Assembly (NCBI GenBank): GCA_046498225.1
Contig: JAWOBF010000059.1
Location: 60,617 to 124,616, forward strand
Origin: Candidatus Aegiribacteria sp.
Lineage (GTDB): Bacteria > Fermentibacterota > Fermentibacteria > Fermentibacterales > JCC-6
Reading direction: 5' to 3'
DNA: 64,000 nucleotides
Positions 39,046 through 48,352 of the stretch are shown here, piece by piece. Each line of letters begins with the position of its first letter. Positions within the stretch are counted from its first letter, which is position 1. The position numbers and the translations under genes were made by a program. Below the pieces are notes generated by a model. It was not told the DNA's origin and made no database searches. It saw only the letters and a program-made list of their open reading frames with translations.

Positions 39046-41136
39046 ATGACAGCTGTTGATATCGTTCTGCTCCTGCTTGTTTCACTGCAGCCCCCGGCTG
39101 CCAAGACAGTGCCCTTCGAAATAACGGTCCACGGCCACACCAGGGTTGACGACTACTACTGGATGAGATACCAGGAGGACCCGGCGGTAACGGAATACCT
39201 GGAGGCGGAGAACCGCTACGCCGATTCGGTGATGAGCCTGAACAGCGCTCTGATAGACACACTCGCCGCGGAGATGCGGTCCAGGATACCGGAGCTGGAT
39301 TCATCCGTACCCTATTACCGCAACGGTTACTGGTACTGGCATGAGTACCGGGAGGGGGAGGATTACGCGGTCAACATGAGGCGGGCTCACCCCGACGGAG
39401 AGAAGGAAATCCTGCTGGACGAGAACCGGCACGCCGAGGACAGGGATTACTTCATGGTGGAGGAGATGATCGTGAGCCCGGACAACTCCATCCTGGCCTG
39501 GGCCTACGACACCACAGGCGGCCACTGGAATACGCTGGTATTCCAGGATATCCGCACCGGAGAGGTCCTGGACAGCGTACGCAACGCCTCGGGCGATCTC
39601 GCCTGGGCGTCCGATTCCAGGACGGTCTTCTACGGGCTCAACGACCCAACCGGAAGGACAGACAGGATAATGCGCAGGACCGTAGGGCGCGACGATGAGG
39701 TCTGCGTGTTCACGGAGGACGACCCCACCTTCTGGCCCTGGGTGTGGAACTCGGTGGACATGGAATGGGTGGTCATATCCACATCCAGCACAATGGAATC
39801 CGAGTGCCGTGTTCTCCCGTCGGATTCACCGGAGGACGGCTTCCGCGTCATCCTTCCCAGGACGGACGGGCTGGAGTACTACGTGGAGCCCCTGGACGAC
39901 ACCTTCTATTTCCTGACCAACTTGCAGGGTGATAATTTCTCGGTGATGTCGGCCCCGGCCGAGAACTGTCCGCCGGACAGCTGGAGGACGCTGCTTCCCC
40001 ATTCCACCAGCACGCTGTCGGAATGGGGAAGCAGCGTGCTGGTGGAGAAGATCGATGTATTCCATGACCTTGTCGCCGTCTCCGTAAGGTCCGGGGGCCT
40101 GAGGAAGCTGATGATAATAAGCACCACCGGAGGCGGAGGCCGCTACGCCGGCATCGGCGAGGAAGCCTCCACCATCTATACCACTTCCAACTACGACGCC
40201 TCCGCCGATTCCGTCAACCTCTGGTACTCTTCGATGACCACTCCCTGGTCCAGGGTCACCTACGATATCGCCGCCGATTCCATGAGGGTCCTGAAGACGG
40301 AGTACGCGGGGGAGGATTTCGACCGGGAGCTCTACACCACCGAGAGGCTTCTGGCTCCCGCAGGGGACGGGGTTACGGTGCCGGTGAGCGTCGTATACAG
40401 GGAGGACCTCTTCCGGCCCGGCGAGTCTCCCCTCGTCCTTTACGGCTACGGCGCCTACGGATCCAGCATGGACCCCTCCTTCAGTTCCACCAGGCTGTCC
40501 CTGCTGGACAGGGGTTTCGTCTACGCGATCGCTCACGTCAGGGGCGGAAGCGAGATGGGGCACTGGTGGTACGACCAGGGCAGGCTGATGAACAAGAAGA
40601 ATACTTTCACCGATTTCATCCACTGCGCCGAGTACCTTATCGATAAGGGCTACTCCAGCCCCGACGGGATGTTCGCCATGGGCGAAAGTGCCGGCGGCCT
40701 GCTCATGGGTGCGGTGGTGAACATGAGGCCCGACCTCTGGAGGGGCGTGATAGCCGGTGTCCCGTTCGTGGACGTTCTGACCACGATGCTGGATCCCACC
40801 ATTCCTCTCACCACCAGCGAGTACGATGAATGGGGAAATCCGGGTGAGAGCAGGGAGGCGTACTTCTACATTCTCTCATATTCCCCGGTGGACAACCTGC
40901 AGGCGGTGGATTACCCGGCGATGTACGTCTATACCGGCATCAACGACGCTCAGGTGGGCTACTGGGAACCGGCGAAATGGGTGGCGGGAATACGAAGGCT
41001 GAACACCGGCGACAGGCCGGTGCTGCTGCGCACAAGCATGGGAACCGGCCACGGAGGCCCTTCGGGACGCTTCGGCTGGCTGAGGGATATCGCCGAACGG
41101 TACGCCTTCCTCCTTGCTCAGGCCGGGCTGGACTGA
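39046..41136 (+). CDS. ptrB: Oligopeptidase B (S9A)
   Basis: HGHTRVDDYYWMR, YGYGAYG, AHVRGGSEMG, KKNTFTDF, GESAGG, EYDEWGNP, DAQVGYWEPAKW and GHGG motifs. GGAGG RBS precedes the ATG at 39046. Confidence 0.93.
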   Translation: MTAVDIVLLLLVSLQPPAAKTVPFEITVHGHTRVDDYYWMRYQEDPAVTEYLEAENRYADSVMSLNSALIDTLAAEMRSRIPELDSSVPYYRNGYWYWHEYREGEDYAVNMRRAHPDGEKEILLDENRHAEDRDYFMVEEMIVSPDNSILAWAYDTTGGHWNTLVFQDIRTGEVLDSVRNASGDLAWASDSRTVFYGLNDPTGRTDRIMRRTVGRDDEVCVFTEDDPTFWPWVWNSVDMEWVVISTSSTMESECRVLPSDSPEDGFRVILPRTDGLEYYVEPLDDTFYFLTNLQGDNFSVMSAPAENCPPDSWRTLLPHSTSTLSEWGSSVLVEKIDVFHDLVAVSVRSGGLRKLMIISTTGGGGRYAGIGEEASTIYTTSNYDASADSVNLWYSSMTTPWSRVTYDIAADSMRVLKTEYAGEDFDRELYTTERLLAPAGDGVTVPVSVVYREDLFRPGESPLVLYGYGAYGSSMDPSFSSTRLSLLDRGFVYAIAHVRGGSEMGHWWYDQGRLMNKKNTFTDFIHCAEYLIDKGYSSPDGMFAMGESAGGLLMGAVVNMRPDLWRGVIAGVPFVDVLTTMLDPTIPLTTSEYDEWGNPGESREAYFYILSYSPVDNLQAVDYPAMYVYTGINDAQVGYWEPAKWVAGIRRLNTGDRPVLLRTSMGTGHGGPSGRFGWLRDIAERYAFLLAQAGLD

Positions 41137-41141
41137 TCGAG

Positions 41142-43529
41142 CTATTCGCTCACATACCTGTCCAGCCACTCCTGTGTCTCCCAGAGAACATGGAGAATTG
41201 ACTCCCGGGCCCTGTAGCTGTGGCTCTCCAGGGGCAGCATCACCAGCCTGGCGGTGCCTCCCAGCCCCTTCAGCGCGGCGAAGAATCTCTCGCTCTGCAT
41301 GGGAAAGGTGCCCGGATTATCGTCCGCGGCACCGTGGATCAGCAGTATGGGTTCGTTCACCCTGTCCGCGTTCATGAAAGGCGACATCCGTACGTACACG
41401 TCCCTGGCCTCCCACAGGTTCCTGTCCTCGGACTGGAAACCGAAGGGGGTCAGGGTGCGGTTGTAGGCGCCGGTCCGTGCCAGGCCGGCGGCGAAGAGAT
41501 CGGAATGGGCCAGCAGGTTGGCTGTCATGAACGCTCCGTAGGAATGTCCGCCCACCGCTATCCTGTCCCTGTCCGCCACACCCAGTTCCACAACTTCGTC
41601 CACCGCGGCCCGCGCGCTCATCACCAGCTGTTCCACGAAGGTGTCGTTGGCCTGGGCTTCACCCTCTCCGATGACGGGCATCGCCGGGTCGTCCAGGACG
41701 GCGTACCCCTGGGTGAGCCATATCACCGGGGACCACCATCCTATGTAGTCGAAGGTGTACGGCGAGCCGGATACCTGTCCGGCGGCGGAGGCGGAGCGAT
41801 ATTCCCGGGGGTAGGCCCACATCACCATGGGCAGCGGGCCGTCATCGAAGCCGTGACCCGGGGGCAGGTACAGCGTCGCGGAAAGCTCCACTCCATCCTC
41901 CCTGGTATAGCTGATCAGCTCCTTTGTCATTCCGCTGAACATCAGGAGGGGATTGGGACGGAAGGTTACCTGAAACTCGTCACCTTCAATGACGTTCCTG
42001 ACGAAATAGTTGGGATAATCCGCGGGGGATTCCCTGGTGAACAGCAGCATGTTGCAGCTGTCATCCACAAAACTGCGCGGAACCTCGTAGGAGGGAGGCG
42101 CGGAGCGGAACAGCCTCTCGGTTTCCAGGGTCTCCAGGTCCAGCCTGTCCAGGAAGGGCCTGTCACCCTCCGGGGAAGCTCCATCCCCCCGCAGGTATAT
42201 GGAACTCCCGTCGGGGCCGGTCAGCAGCACCTGCTTCCCCCTGCCGTTCTCCCTGGTCATGGGCGTGCCGGGGTCACCGTAACGGTCCTCCCAGGAGCGG
42301 TCCTCCAGAAGAAACGGTTCCGCTTCCTCCTCTCCCGGCCTTACCCGCCAGACCTTCCGATTCCTGGTTGGCCACCACCATTCGCTGACCAGGGCAAGCG
42401 AGTCGTTTCCCCACTGGACGCCCCCGAACCTGCTCTCCAGGTCCATAAGTGTCTCAGGGGGGGTATCGAATGGAGCTTCCAGGGTGAACAGCCTGTCCCT
42501 CAGCCCGGCCTCCGCGCCGGCGTCACCGCCGTCCAGCGCTTCCGCCCAGAACAGCTCGGCGCCGGTATCGCTCCTCCACTGTATGCTCCTGGGACCCTGG
42601 AAGGTGCTGCCGTAGGCGATGGGTATGTCATCCCGGACGGGAAGGTCGGCCACTTCGAAAACCGGGATTCCCTCCATGTCCCATACCTCCACCCTCTCCG
42701 CGAACCTGCCGGCGGTGACCGTATAGGAGAAGGGCCTCTGGAGACGGGATACCAGGATGAACCGGCCGTCCGGCGAGGGGGAGAAGTACCACATCATACC
42801 CGGGTCCCCTACCGGCTCCACGGAACCATCCAGCCGCACCAGGGTGAGCTGGCCGGTGAGGTAGTACTGGAACAGGTCTTCCGTATGGGGGCCGCTCAGA
42901 AGGTCCTGGTAGGTCCTGGCGGGAGCCAGTTCTCCTGTGGTCTCCTGTATCACCGGCCCCGCGGGCACCGGATCCTCTTCGGGGGGGCTTCCCATATCCT
43001 CCGGGAAGGTACAGCAGATAAGCCCGGAACCGTCCGGCAGCCATCGGGGAAACTCGCTGGCGGTAAGGTTCAGCACAGGTCCGGTGAGCCTTTCGGCCGC
43101 AGCCCGCTCAGCGTTTACCACCCACAGCTCCACTCCCCGGGAAGTCTCGTGGGTGAACGCCGCCATGGAGCCGTCGGGGGACCAGGCCACCCTCAGGATG
43201 AGCGGGCTGTCGGGCATGCCGGTTATCTCCACCGTTTCCAGCGAGGGATACCGCATCAGCGAGATGGCGGAGTATCGGCCCGTCCTGGTGGGAGCCAGGG
43301 TGAGGGGGCTGAAGCGCAGACCCGCCAGCCGCAGCTCGTCCCGGGCCAGCTCTTCTATGGATGGATAGCTCCTGGGCTCCAGGAGCAGCCAGGAGGAGCG
43401 ATCAGGAGATATGCTGGTCCTGGGCGCCCACTGCACGTCGACGATGTCCACCAGCTCCCGGCTCGGCACCATGTAGCGGGGCCCATCGGCGCCGAAGAGG
43501 ACAAGAGCGGCAATAAATATCGGATACAT
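41142..43529 (-). CDS. Secreted S9 prolyl oligopeptidase family peptidase (glutamyl endopeptidase-like)
   Basis: Signal peptide; WAYPREY, GGHSYGAFMTANLLAH, GAYNRTLTPFGFQ, DDNPGT and ESHSY motifs. Confidence 0.9.
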   Translation of the reverse strand: MYPIFIAALVLFGADGPRYMVPSRELVDIVDVQWAPRTSISPDRSSWLLLEPRSYPSIEELARDELRLAGLRFSPLTLAPTRTGRYSAISLMRYPSLETVEITGMPDSPLILRVAWSPDGSMAAFTHETSRGVELWVVNAERAAAERLTGPVLNLTASEFPRWLPDGSGLICCTFPEDMGSPPEEDPVPAGPVIQETTGELAPARTYQDLLSGPHTEDLFQYYLTGQLTLVRLDGSVEPVGDPGMMWYFSPSPDGRFILVSRLQRPFSYTVTAGRFAERVEVWDMEGIPVFEVADLPVRDDIPIAYGSTFQGPRSIQWRSDTGAELFWAEALDGGDAGAEAGLRDRLFTLEAPFDTPPETLMDLESRFGGVQWGNDSLALVSEWWWPTRNRKVWRVRPGEEEAEPFLLEDRSWEDRYGDPGTPMTRENGRGKQVLLTGPDGSSIYLRGDGASPEGDRPFLDRLDLETLETERLFRSAPPSYEVPRSFVDDSCNMLLFTRESPADYPNYFVRNVIEGDEFQVTFRPNPLLMFSGMTKELISYTREDGVELSATLYLPPGHGFDDGPLPMVMWAYPREYRSASAAGQVSGSPYTFDYIGWWSPVIWLTQGYAVLDDPAMPVIGEGEAQANDTFVEQLVMSARAAVDEVVELGVADRDRIAVGGHSYGAFMTANLLAHSDLFAAGLARTGAYNRTLTPFGFQSEDRNLWEARDVYVRMSPFMNADRVNEPILLIHGAADDNPGTFPMQSERFFAALKGLGGTARLVMLPLESHSYRARESILHVLWETQEWLDRYVSE

Positions 43530-43683
43530 TGGCTGCCTTTCCAGGTTTTCTGTCAGAGGTGCTGCTGTTCAAACAATAGAATATACGTTTCACCGGCGCT
43601 GCGATACCAGCCTGGAAAGAGAATTCCCCGGCCTTCTCTTCGGAAGCTGTGACATTCTTCGAGACATTTCATATACTGAACGC

Positions 43684-46047
43684 ATGATTACCGGATATGA
43701 CCACCACAGGAAGACCCTGACCATAGGAATCGGCGACCTGATAAACCTGGGCGGGCTTCCGGACACCCTGGTTCCCTCCCGCAGCGCGCTCACCGTCCAT
43801 CAGCGGCAGAGGGCCCATTCCGCCTACCAGAGGAAGCTGAGGGCCGAGGGATGGGAAACTGAAGTTAGTGTCAGTTCCGAGCATGAGGTACGGGGTATAG
43901 TCTTCCTCATCCGCGGAAGGGTCGACCTGCTTCGCCGGAACGAGGGGGAGCTGGAACTCCTGGAGGTAAAAACGGTGGATTCCGGGCCGGACCTGATGGA
44001 CCCGGTGGAGGGGAGACCGTCGCACTCGCTGCAGCTCTGCTTCTACGCCGGGGCATTGTCCGAACAGTACGAAATACCGCTGGAAAGGGTCAGGGGAGCT
44101 CTGGTGTACCTTCCGCTGGGCGACGGGGAACACCGGCCCTTCCGGCGCGATATCGACCTTGCCGACCCCGGTCTGGACCTCCTCTGGCGGAACCTGCTGG
44201 AGGACACCGCGGACATGCTGCTTCGGGAAGACGAGAGGAAAAGGCTCCAGGAATCATCCCTCGAGGGCTTCGAATTCCCCTACGATACGAGAAGACCGGG
44301 GCAGGACATGATGATGAGCGAGGTGGAGAGCTGCGTCGAGAAAAGCGGCTACCTTCTCATGCAGGCCCCCACCGGCACCGGAAAGACGGCTGCTGTCCTC
44401 ACCGGAGCCATCCGCGGGGCCCTTCCCGAAAGGCTGACCGTTTTCTTTCTCACCGCCAAGAACACCCACAAGCTGATAGTCGCCGAAACCCTGAAGCTGA
44501 TAATGGAGAAGGGAGTACCGCTGAGATGCATATTCATCGCCGCCAGGGCTTCGGTATGCCACCGGGGCGGCGATAGATGCCTGCCCCACGACTGCCCCTA
44601 CGCGCCTGACTTCGGCGGAAGGGTAAGGCGGTCGGGGGTAATGGAGGAGCTGCTGGAAGAGGGCATCATAGAACCGGACCGGCTGAAAAGGACAGCGGAG
44701 AAAGCGGGGGTGTGCGCTTTCGAGCTGGGGCTGTGTCTGTCCACCGGGTGCGATATAGTGGTGTGCGATTACAACTACGCCTTCGACCCCCACGTTTTTC
44801 TCAAAAGGTTCTTTCTGGAGAGGAGCACATCCTCCAGGTGCTGCCTGCTCATCGACGAGGCGGCCAACCTTCCCGCCAGGGTGAGGGACTACTACTCCCC
44901 GGAGGTCAGGCGGAGCTGGGTGGAGGAACTTCTGGCTCACCCGGAGGCAACAGGCGCGTGGAGGAAGCTTCTGTTTCCATGGGTCCGTTGTTTCGAGGAA
45001 TGGTCATCCCTTCTGGAGAATTCCGGTGAGGACGAACTGGAGCTGCCCCCCGAAACCGCTCTCCCCGTCGGCCTGGATGGATGGATGGAGCAGATAGGCA
45101 TGCTGAAGGAACCGCCGGAGGCCATGAGCGAGATGGTCAGGGCAGCCGTGGATATCTCCCGGGTGGACCCCCGCGACCCCAGGTACCATCTGCTGGTCCG
45201 CAGAAACGGTGAGGAGCGGGTCCTTCAGTGGTTCTGCACCGACCCTTCCGATTTCCTGGGCGGGCAGCTGGAAAGCTGTCACAGCCGGGTGGCTTTCTCC
45301 GCCACCCTCTCTCCTTTCCGCCATTTCGCTTACCTGCTGGGTTTCCCCCGGGAGGAAACCGTCTGCAGGGATGTCCCCTACCCCTTCCCCCGGAAGAACC
45401 TGGGTGTCTGGATATGCCCTGACATAGATACCAGGTACAGGAGCAGGGCGGAATGCTCCGGCCTGCTTGCTGAAAGGATTATCGACATCCATTCATCCTG
45501 CCCCGGGACCTGGATAGTCTTCTTCCCCTCCTATTCCTACATGAGAATGATAGCCGGCATCCTCGGCGGGACCGGGGTTCCTCTGCTGGTTCAGAGGCCG
45601 GACATGGACCGGGCGGAGAGGCTGGATTTTCTCTCCCGGATAGAGGGGGAAGACAATATCGTGATGACCGTGTCGGGGGGTATATTCGCAGAAGGAGTGG
45701 ACATAAGGTCCGGCAGTCTTCGAGGCGCTGTGGTGGTGGGACCCTCCCTTCCCGGAATGGACCTGAGGCAGAAGCTGCTGGCCGCCAGCTACGAACGCCG
45801 GGAAATGAACGGTTTCCTCCACACCTGGGTCATTCCTGGAATGGTCAGGGTGGTCCAGGCGGCGGGCAGGCTGATAAGGAACGGAAGACAGCGGCGGGCG
45901 CTTGTTCTCATGGGAAGGAGGTTTACCAGACAGCCCTACTTCGACCTGCTGCCCGGCCACTGGTTCACAGGCGGCTCCATCAGATTCCTTACAGGGTCCG
46001 GCGCGGAAATCGGAAAGTTCCTCGAGAATAAGGAAGGCGGCGCCTGA
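43684..46047 (+). CDS. DinG/XPD-type Fe-S helicase with N-terminal PD-(D/E)xK nuclease domain
   Basis: GRVDLL...LEVKT...QLCFYA nuclease motifs; RPGQ, APTGTGKT, Cys cluster, DYNY, IDEAANL, SATL, FFPSY, EGVD and QAAGRLIR helicase motifs. Confidence 0.88.
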   Translation: MITGYDHHRKTLTIGIGDLINLGGLPDTLVPSRSALTVHQRQRAHSAYQRKLRAEGWETEVSVSSEHEVRGIVFLIRGRVDLLRRNEGELELLEVKTVDSGPDLMDPVEGRPSHSLQLCFYAGALSEQYEIPLERVRGALVYLPLGDGEHRPFRRDIDLADPGLDLLWRNLLEDTADMLLREDERKRLQESSLEGFEFPYDTRRPGQDMMMSEVESCVEKSGYLLMQAPTGTGKTAAVLTGAIRGALPERLTVFFLTAKNTHKLIVAETLKLIMEKGVPLRCIFIAARASVCHRGGDRCLPHDCPYAPDFGGRVRRSGVMEELLEEGIIEPDRLKRTAEKAGVCAFELGLCLSTGCDIVVCDYNYAFDPHVFLKRFFLERSTSSRCCLLIDEAANLPARVRDYYSPEVRRSWVEELLAHPEATGAWRKLLFPWVRCFEEWSSLLENSGEDELELPPETALPVGLDGWMEQIGMLKEPPEAMSEMVRAAVDISRVDPRDPRYHLLVRRNGEERVLQWFCTDPSDFLGGQLESCHSRVAFSATLSPFRHFAYLLGFPREETVCRDVPYPFPRKNLGVWICPDIDTRYRSRAECSGLLAERIIDIHSSCPGTWIVFFPSYSYMRMIAGILGGTGVPLLVQRPDMDRAERLDFLSRIEGEDNIVMTVSGGIFAEGVDIRSGSLRGAVVVGPSLPGMDLRQKLLAASYERREMNGFLHTWVIPGMVRVVQAAGRLIRNGRQRRALVLMGRRFTRQPYFDLLPGHWFTGGSIRFLTGSGAEIGKFLENKEGGA

Positions 46048-46055
46048 GCGCCGCC
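46036..46055. terminator. GC hairpin overlapping the helicase stop, between convergent genes
   Basis: GGCGGCGC-CTGA-GCGCCGCC. Confidence 0.45.
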
Positions 46056-46089
46056 CTCTCATGCAATATGATCTATTCAGCCGAGTCTG

Positions 46090-46482
46090 CTACTCGGTGA
46101 TTTCCTCGGTCTCCTCGGCTGCTTCTTCGGCAGCGTCCTCGGCTGCTTCTTCGCCTTCCTCGACCGCTTCAGTTGCTTCCTCGGCTGCATCTTCGGCTTC
46201 CTCGGATTCTTCGGCCATTTCGGATGCTTCCTCAGTGGCTTCGACAAGCTCGTCGGTCTCTTCCATCACTTCTTCCATTGCCTCTTCGGCGGCCTCTTCG
46301 GCCTCCTCGGCGGCCTCTTCGGCAGCCTCTTCGGCCTCTTCCAGGGCCTCCTGAGCCTCTTCTATGGTTTCTTCGGTGGTCTCAGGTATATCGGTTTCTT
46401 CCGCCTGCTCGGCCTGCTCGCCGCATCCGGCTGCAAGCACGAGAAGGAAAGCCATCAGGATTCCTGATAAGATATACTTCAC
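46090..46482 (-). CDS. Highly acidic low-complexity lipoprotein
   Basis: GTG start with AAAGGAG RBS, lipobox LAAG-C, then about 110 aa Glu/Ala-rich. Confidence 0.75.
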   Translation of the reverse strand: MKYILSGILMAFLLVLAAGCGEQAEQAEETDIPETTEETIEEAQEALEEAEEAAEEAAEEAEEAAEEAMEEVMEETDELVEATEEASEMAEESEEAEDAAEEATEAVEEGEEAAEDAAEEAAEETEEITE

Positions 46483-46622
46483 TTTAGCTCCTTTCGGGTT
46501 TTCCATCTGTTTCCGGTTGAATATTCAGAAATGAATAATGAGCACTCGTATACAAGCAGCATAAATAAAGCTATTCGGAATGTATGTCAAGTACAGTTAA
46601 AGCTTTAAAGGAGGGCACGCCT

Positions 46623-47531
46623 TCAGCCGAACAGGGACAGGACCCTGGAGGTATTCCTGAAATGAACCTTGGCGATTCTGTACAGGATATCCGGGCCGAA
46701 CCGGTCGGTGAATCGCCTTGCCACTATGTCCGTGGGGCGGCCGGAGCCGGCAGCCGCCGGTATTCTGTACTCCTCGCTGATACGGTCGAGACCCAGCAGG
46801 TAAGCGTCCCGGGCAAGGATGGAAGCCGCAGCCACAGCAGGGTCGGATTCGCCCCTTTCCCTGAGCTGGAGCTCGTAGTGGCCCCGTGGAAGCAGGTGGG
46901 CAATTCTCTTTTCGTCGCAGAACTTATCGATGACGACCATGTCCGGTTCAGGAATTCTCTCCATCAGGCCGGAGAGTGCCTCAGCGTGGCACTGCGCCAG
47001 AAGGTCGAGGCTGTTCAGCCCCTTCTTCCTCAGCTCCTCCAGCCTTTTATTGTACTCGAGAGGCGGAACCGTCACTGCGTTGTAGCGTCCGGCGGCCATG
47101 CTCCTTAATCTGCCGGCCATATCTCTCAGGGCGGTATTCCCCAGGTTCTTGGAGTCCTGAATGCCCATTCCGGCGAACTCCCCGGCAAGCGCTCTGTCGG
47201 CCGCCACGGCCGCCACCGTCAGCGGTCCCATGTAGTCACCCTTGCCGGCCTCGTCCGAGCCTGTCCATGTGCCCGCGGGCAGCCCGGGAGCGGCCGGAAG
47301 GACGATCTTCCTTACCCTGCCCGCCAGCAGGGCGTCCCCGCCCGCCGGGACCGCCGAGAAACCCTTCCTGCCGGAATAGTAGAAGTTCACTCCGCAGCTT
47401 CTCTTCCCGTCAGTGAGGACGACCCTGGTCCCGTTGGCCAGTTCTCTCCTCTCCTCGACGGCTATTCCTTTCTCCTCCAGTTCATCCAGGGCACGGTCCA
47501 CCAGTTCCCGCAGCCTGCTCCCCGGGCTCAC
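46623..47531 (-). CDS. rnhC: Ribonuclease HIII
   Basis: GSDEAGKGDYMGPL, QDSK, VIDKF, VAAASILAR and AKVHFRN motifs, plus an N-terminal extension typical of HIII. Confidence 0.88.
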   Translation of the reverse strand: MSPGSRLRELVDRALDELEEKGIAVEERRELANGTRVVLTDGKRSCGVNFYYSGRKGFSAVPAGGDALLAGRVRKIVLPAAPGLPAGTWTGSDEAGKGDYMGPLTVAAVAADRALAGEFAGMGIQDSKNLGNTALRDMAGRLRSMAAGRYNAVTVPPLEYNKRLEELRKKGLNSLDLLAQCHAEALSGLMERIPEPDMVVIDKFCDEKRIAHLLPRGHYELQLRERGESDPAVAAASILARDAYLLGLDRISEEYRIPAAAGSGRPTDIVARRFTDRFGPDILYRIAKVHFRNTSRVLSLFG

Positions 47532-48352
47532 CGGTCTTCCACCGAGTAGACATCGAACCCGGGATTCTCGACTTCGATGGGCTCGGCCAGCGTGTAGTCC
47601 TCCAGCACGCATACTATCTCGCCGATGATTATGGCGCTCCTCATCAGCACCGGCATGTGACGCTCGTCATCCGTGAGCCATATCCATATCTCGCCCTGCT
47701 GGTCGAAGAGGCCCTGGGACTGCAGGGCCGGCTGCACCATGATGCAGTCGAAGTCCCCCGCGGGGACCCTTATCCTGTCCCTCTCCCGCACCCTCACCTC
47801 CAGCGGGTAGTTCTCGTTGTCTATGTGGCAGTCGATCAGGTAGGTCTCTCCCACTTCCAGGGGCAGCGTCCTGGTGAAGTAGAAGGCGCTGAGCACGTCC
47901 AGTGCATGGGGGGGTATCTCCATCTCCCTCAGGGAAGTGTCCTGCTCCTCGGGGTAGTATACCATTCCGGCGTCCTGGTCGAAGATGACCTCCTCGCTGT
48001 ACAGGAAGTTCCCCTCGTGAAGGTCCTTGAAGAAGCGCAGAGTGTGGAACTGCACGATGTCCAGAAGCGCCTCGTTCACGTCGTTCACCTCAAAGAAAGT
48101 GCTGAATGCGGGATTGGACTTCGCGGTGGCGGTGATCCTGTAGGCCATGAGGCCGTCGTACTGTTCGGGGCCTCCCACTGACAGCACCGCGGTGCCGGCC
48201 TTTATGATGCCGTACTCCACGCTGAATTCCAGCCTCTCCCCCGGCCCGAAGGCGCGGTTCTCCACGTACCTTGGCGAGTTATCGAAGGCAATGCTGTCCG
48301 TATCAAGGGAATCCGCCATGAAAATGCCGAGCAAAACAAGGAATAAACTCAT
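47528..48352 (-). CDS. DUF3108 domain secreted protein
   Basis: AFGPGERLEFSVEYG, LDVLSAFYF.R, IRVPAGDFDC and IWLTDDERHMPV motifs. Confidence 0.82.
   Translation of the reverse strand: MSLFLVLLGIFMADSLDTDSIAFDNSPRYVENRAFGPGERLEFSVEYGIIKAGTAVLSVGGPEQYDGLMAYRITATAKSNPAFSTFFEVNDVNEALLDIVQFHTLRFFKDLHEGNFLYSEEVIFDQDAGMVYYPEEQDTSLREMEIPPHALDVLSAFYFTRTLPLEVGETYLIDCHIDNENYPLEVRVRERDRIRVPAGDFDCIMVQPALQSQGLFDQQGEIWIWLTDDERHMPVLMRSAIIIGEIVCVLEDYTLAEPIEVENPGFDVYSVEDR

Noticed and set aside
41220..43652. 810-aa plus-strand ORF
   Set aside because: Antisense shadow of the S9 peptidase.
43684..44250. Cas4 or type IV CRISPR (CasDinG) assignment
   Set aside because: No array or other cas genes, and the nuclease domain lacks the Cas4 four-cysteine pattern.
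46100..46400. DNA tandem repeats (GGCCTCTTC/GGCTGCTTC)
   Set aside because: Explained by the Glu/Ala low-complexity coding sequence.
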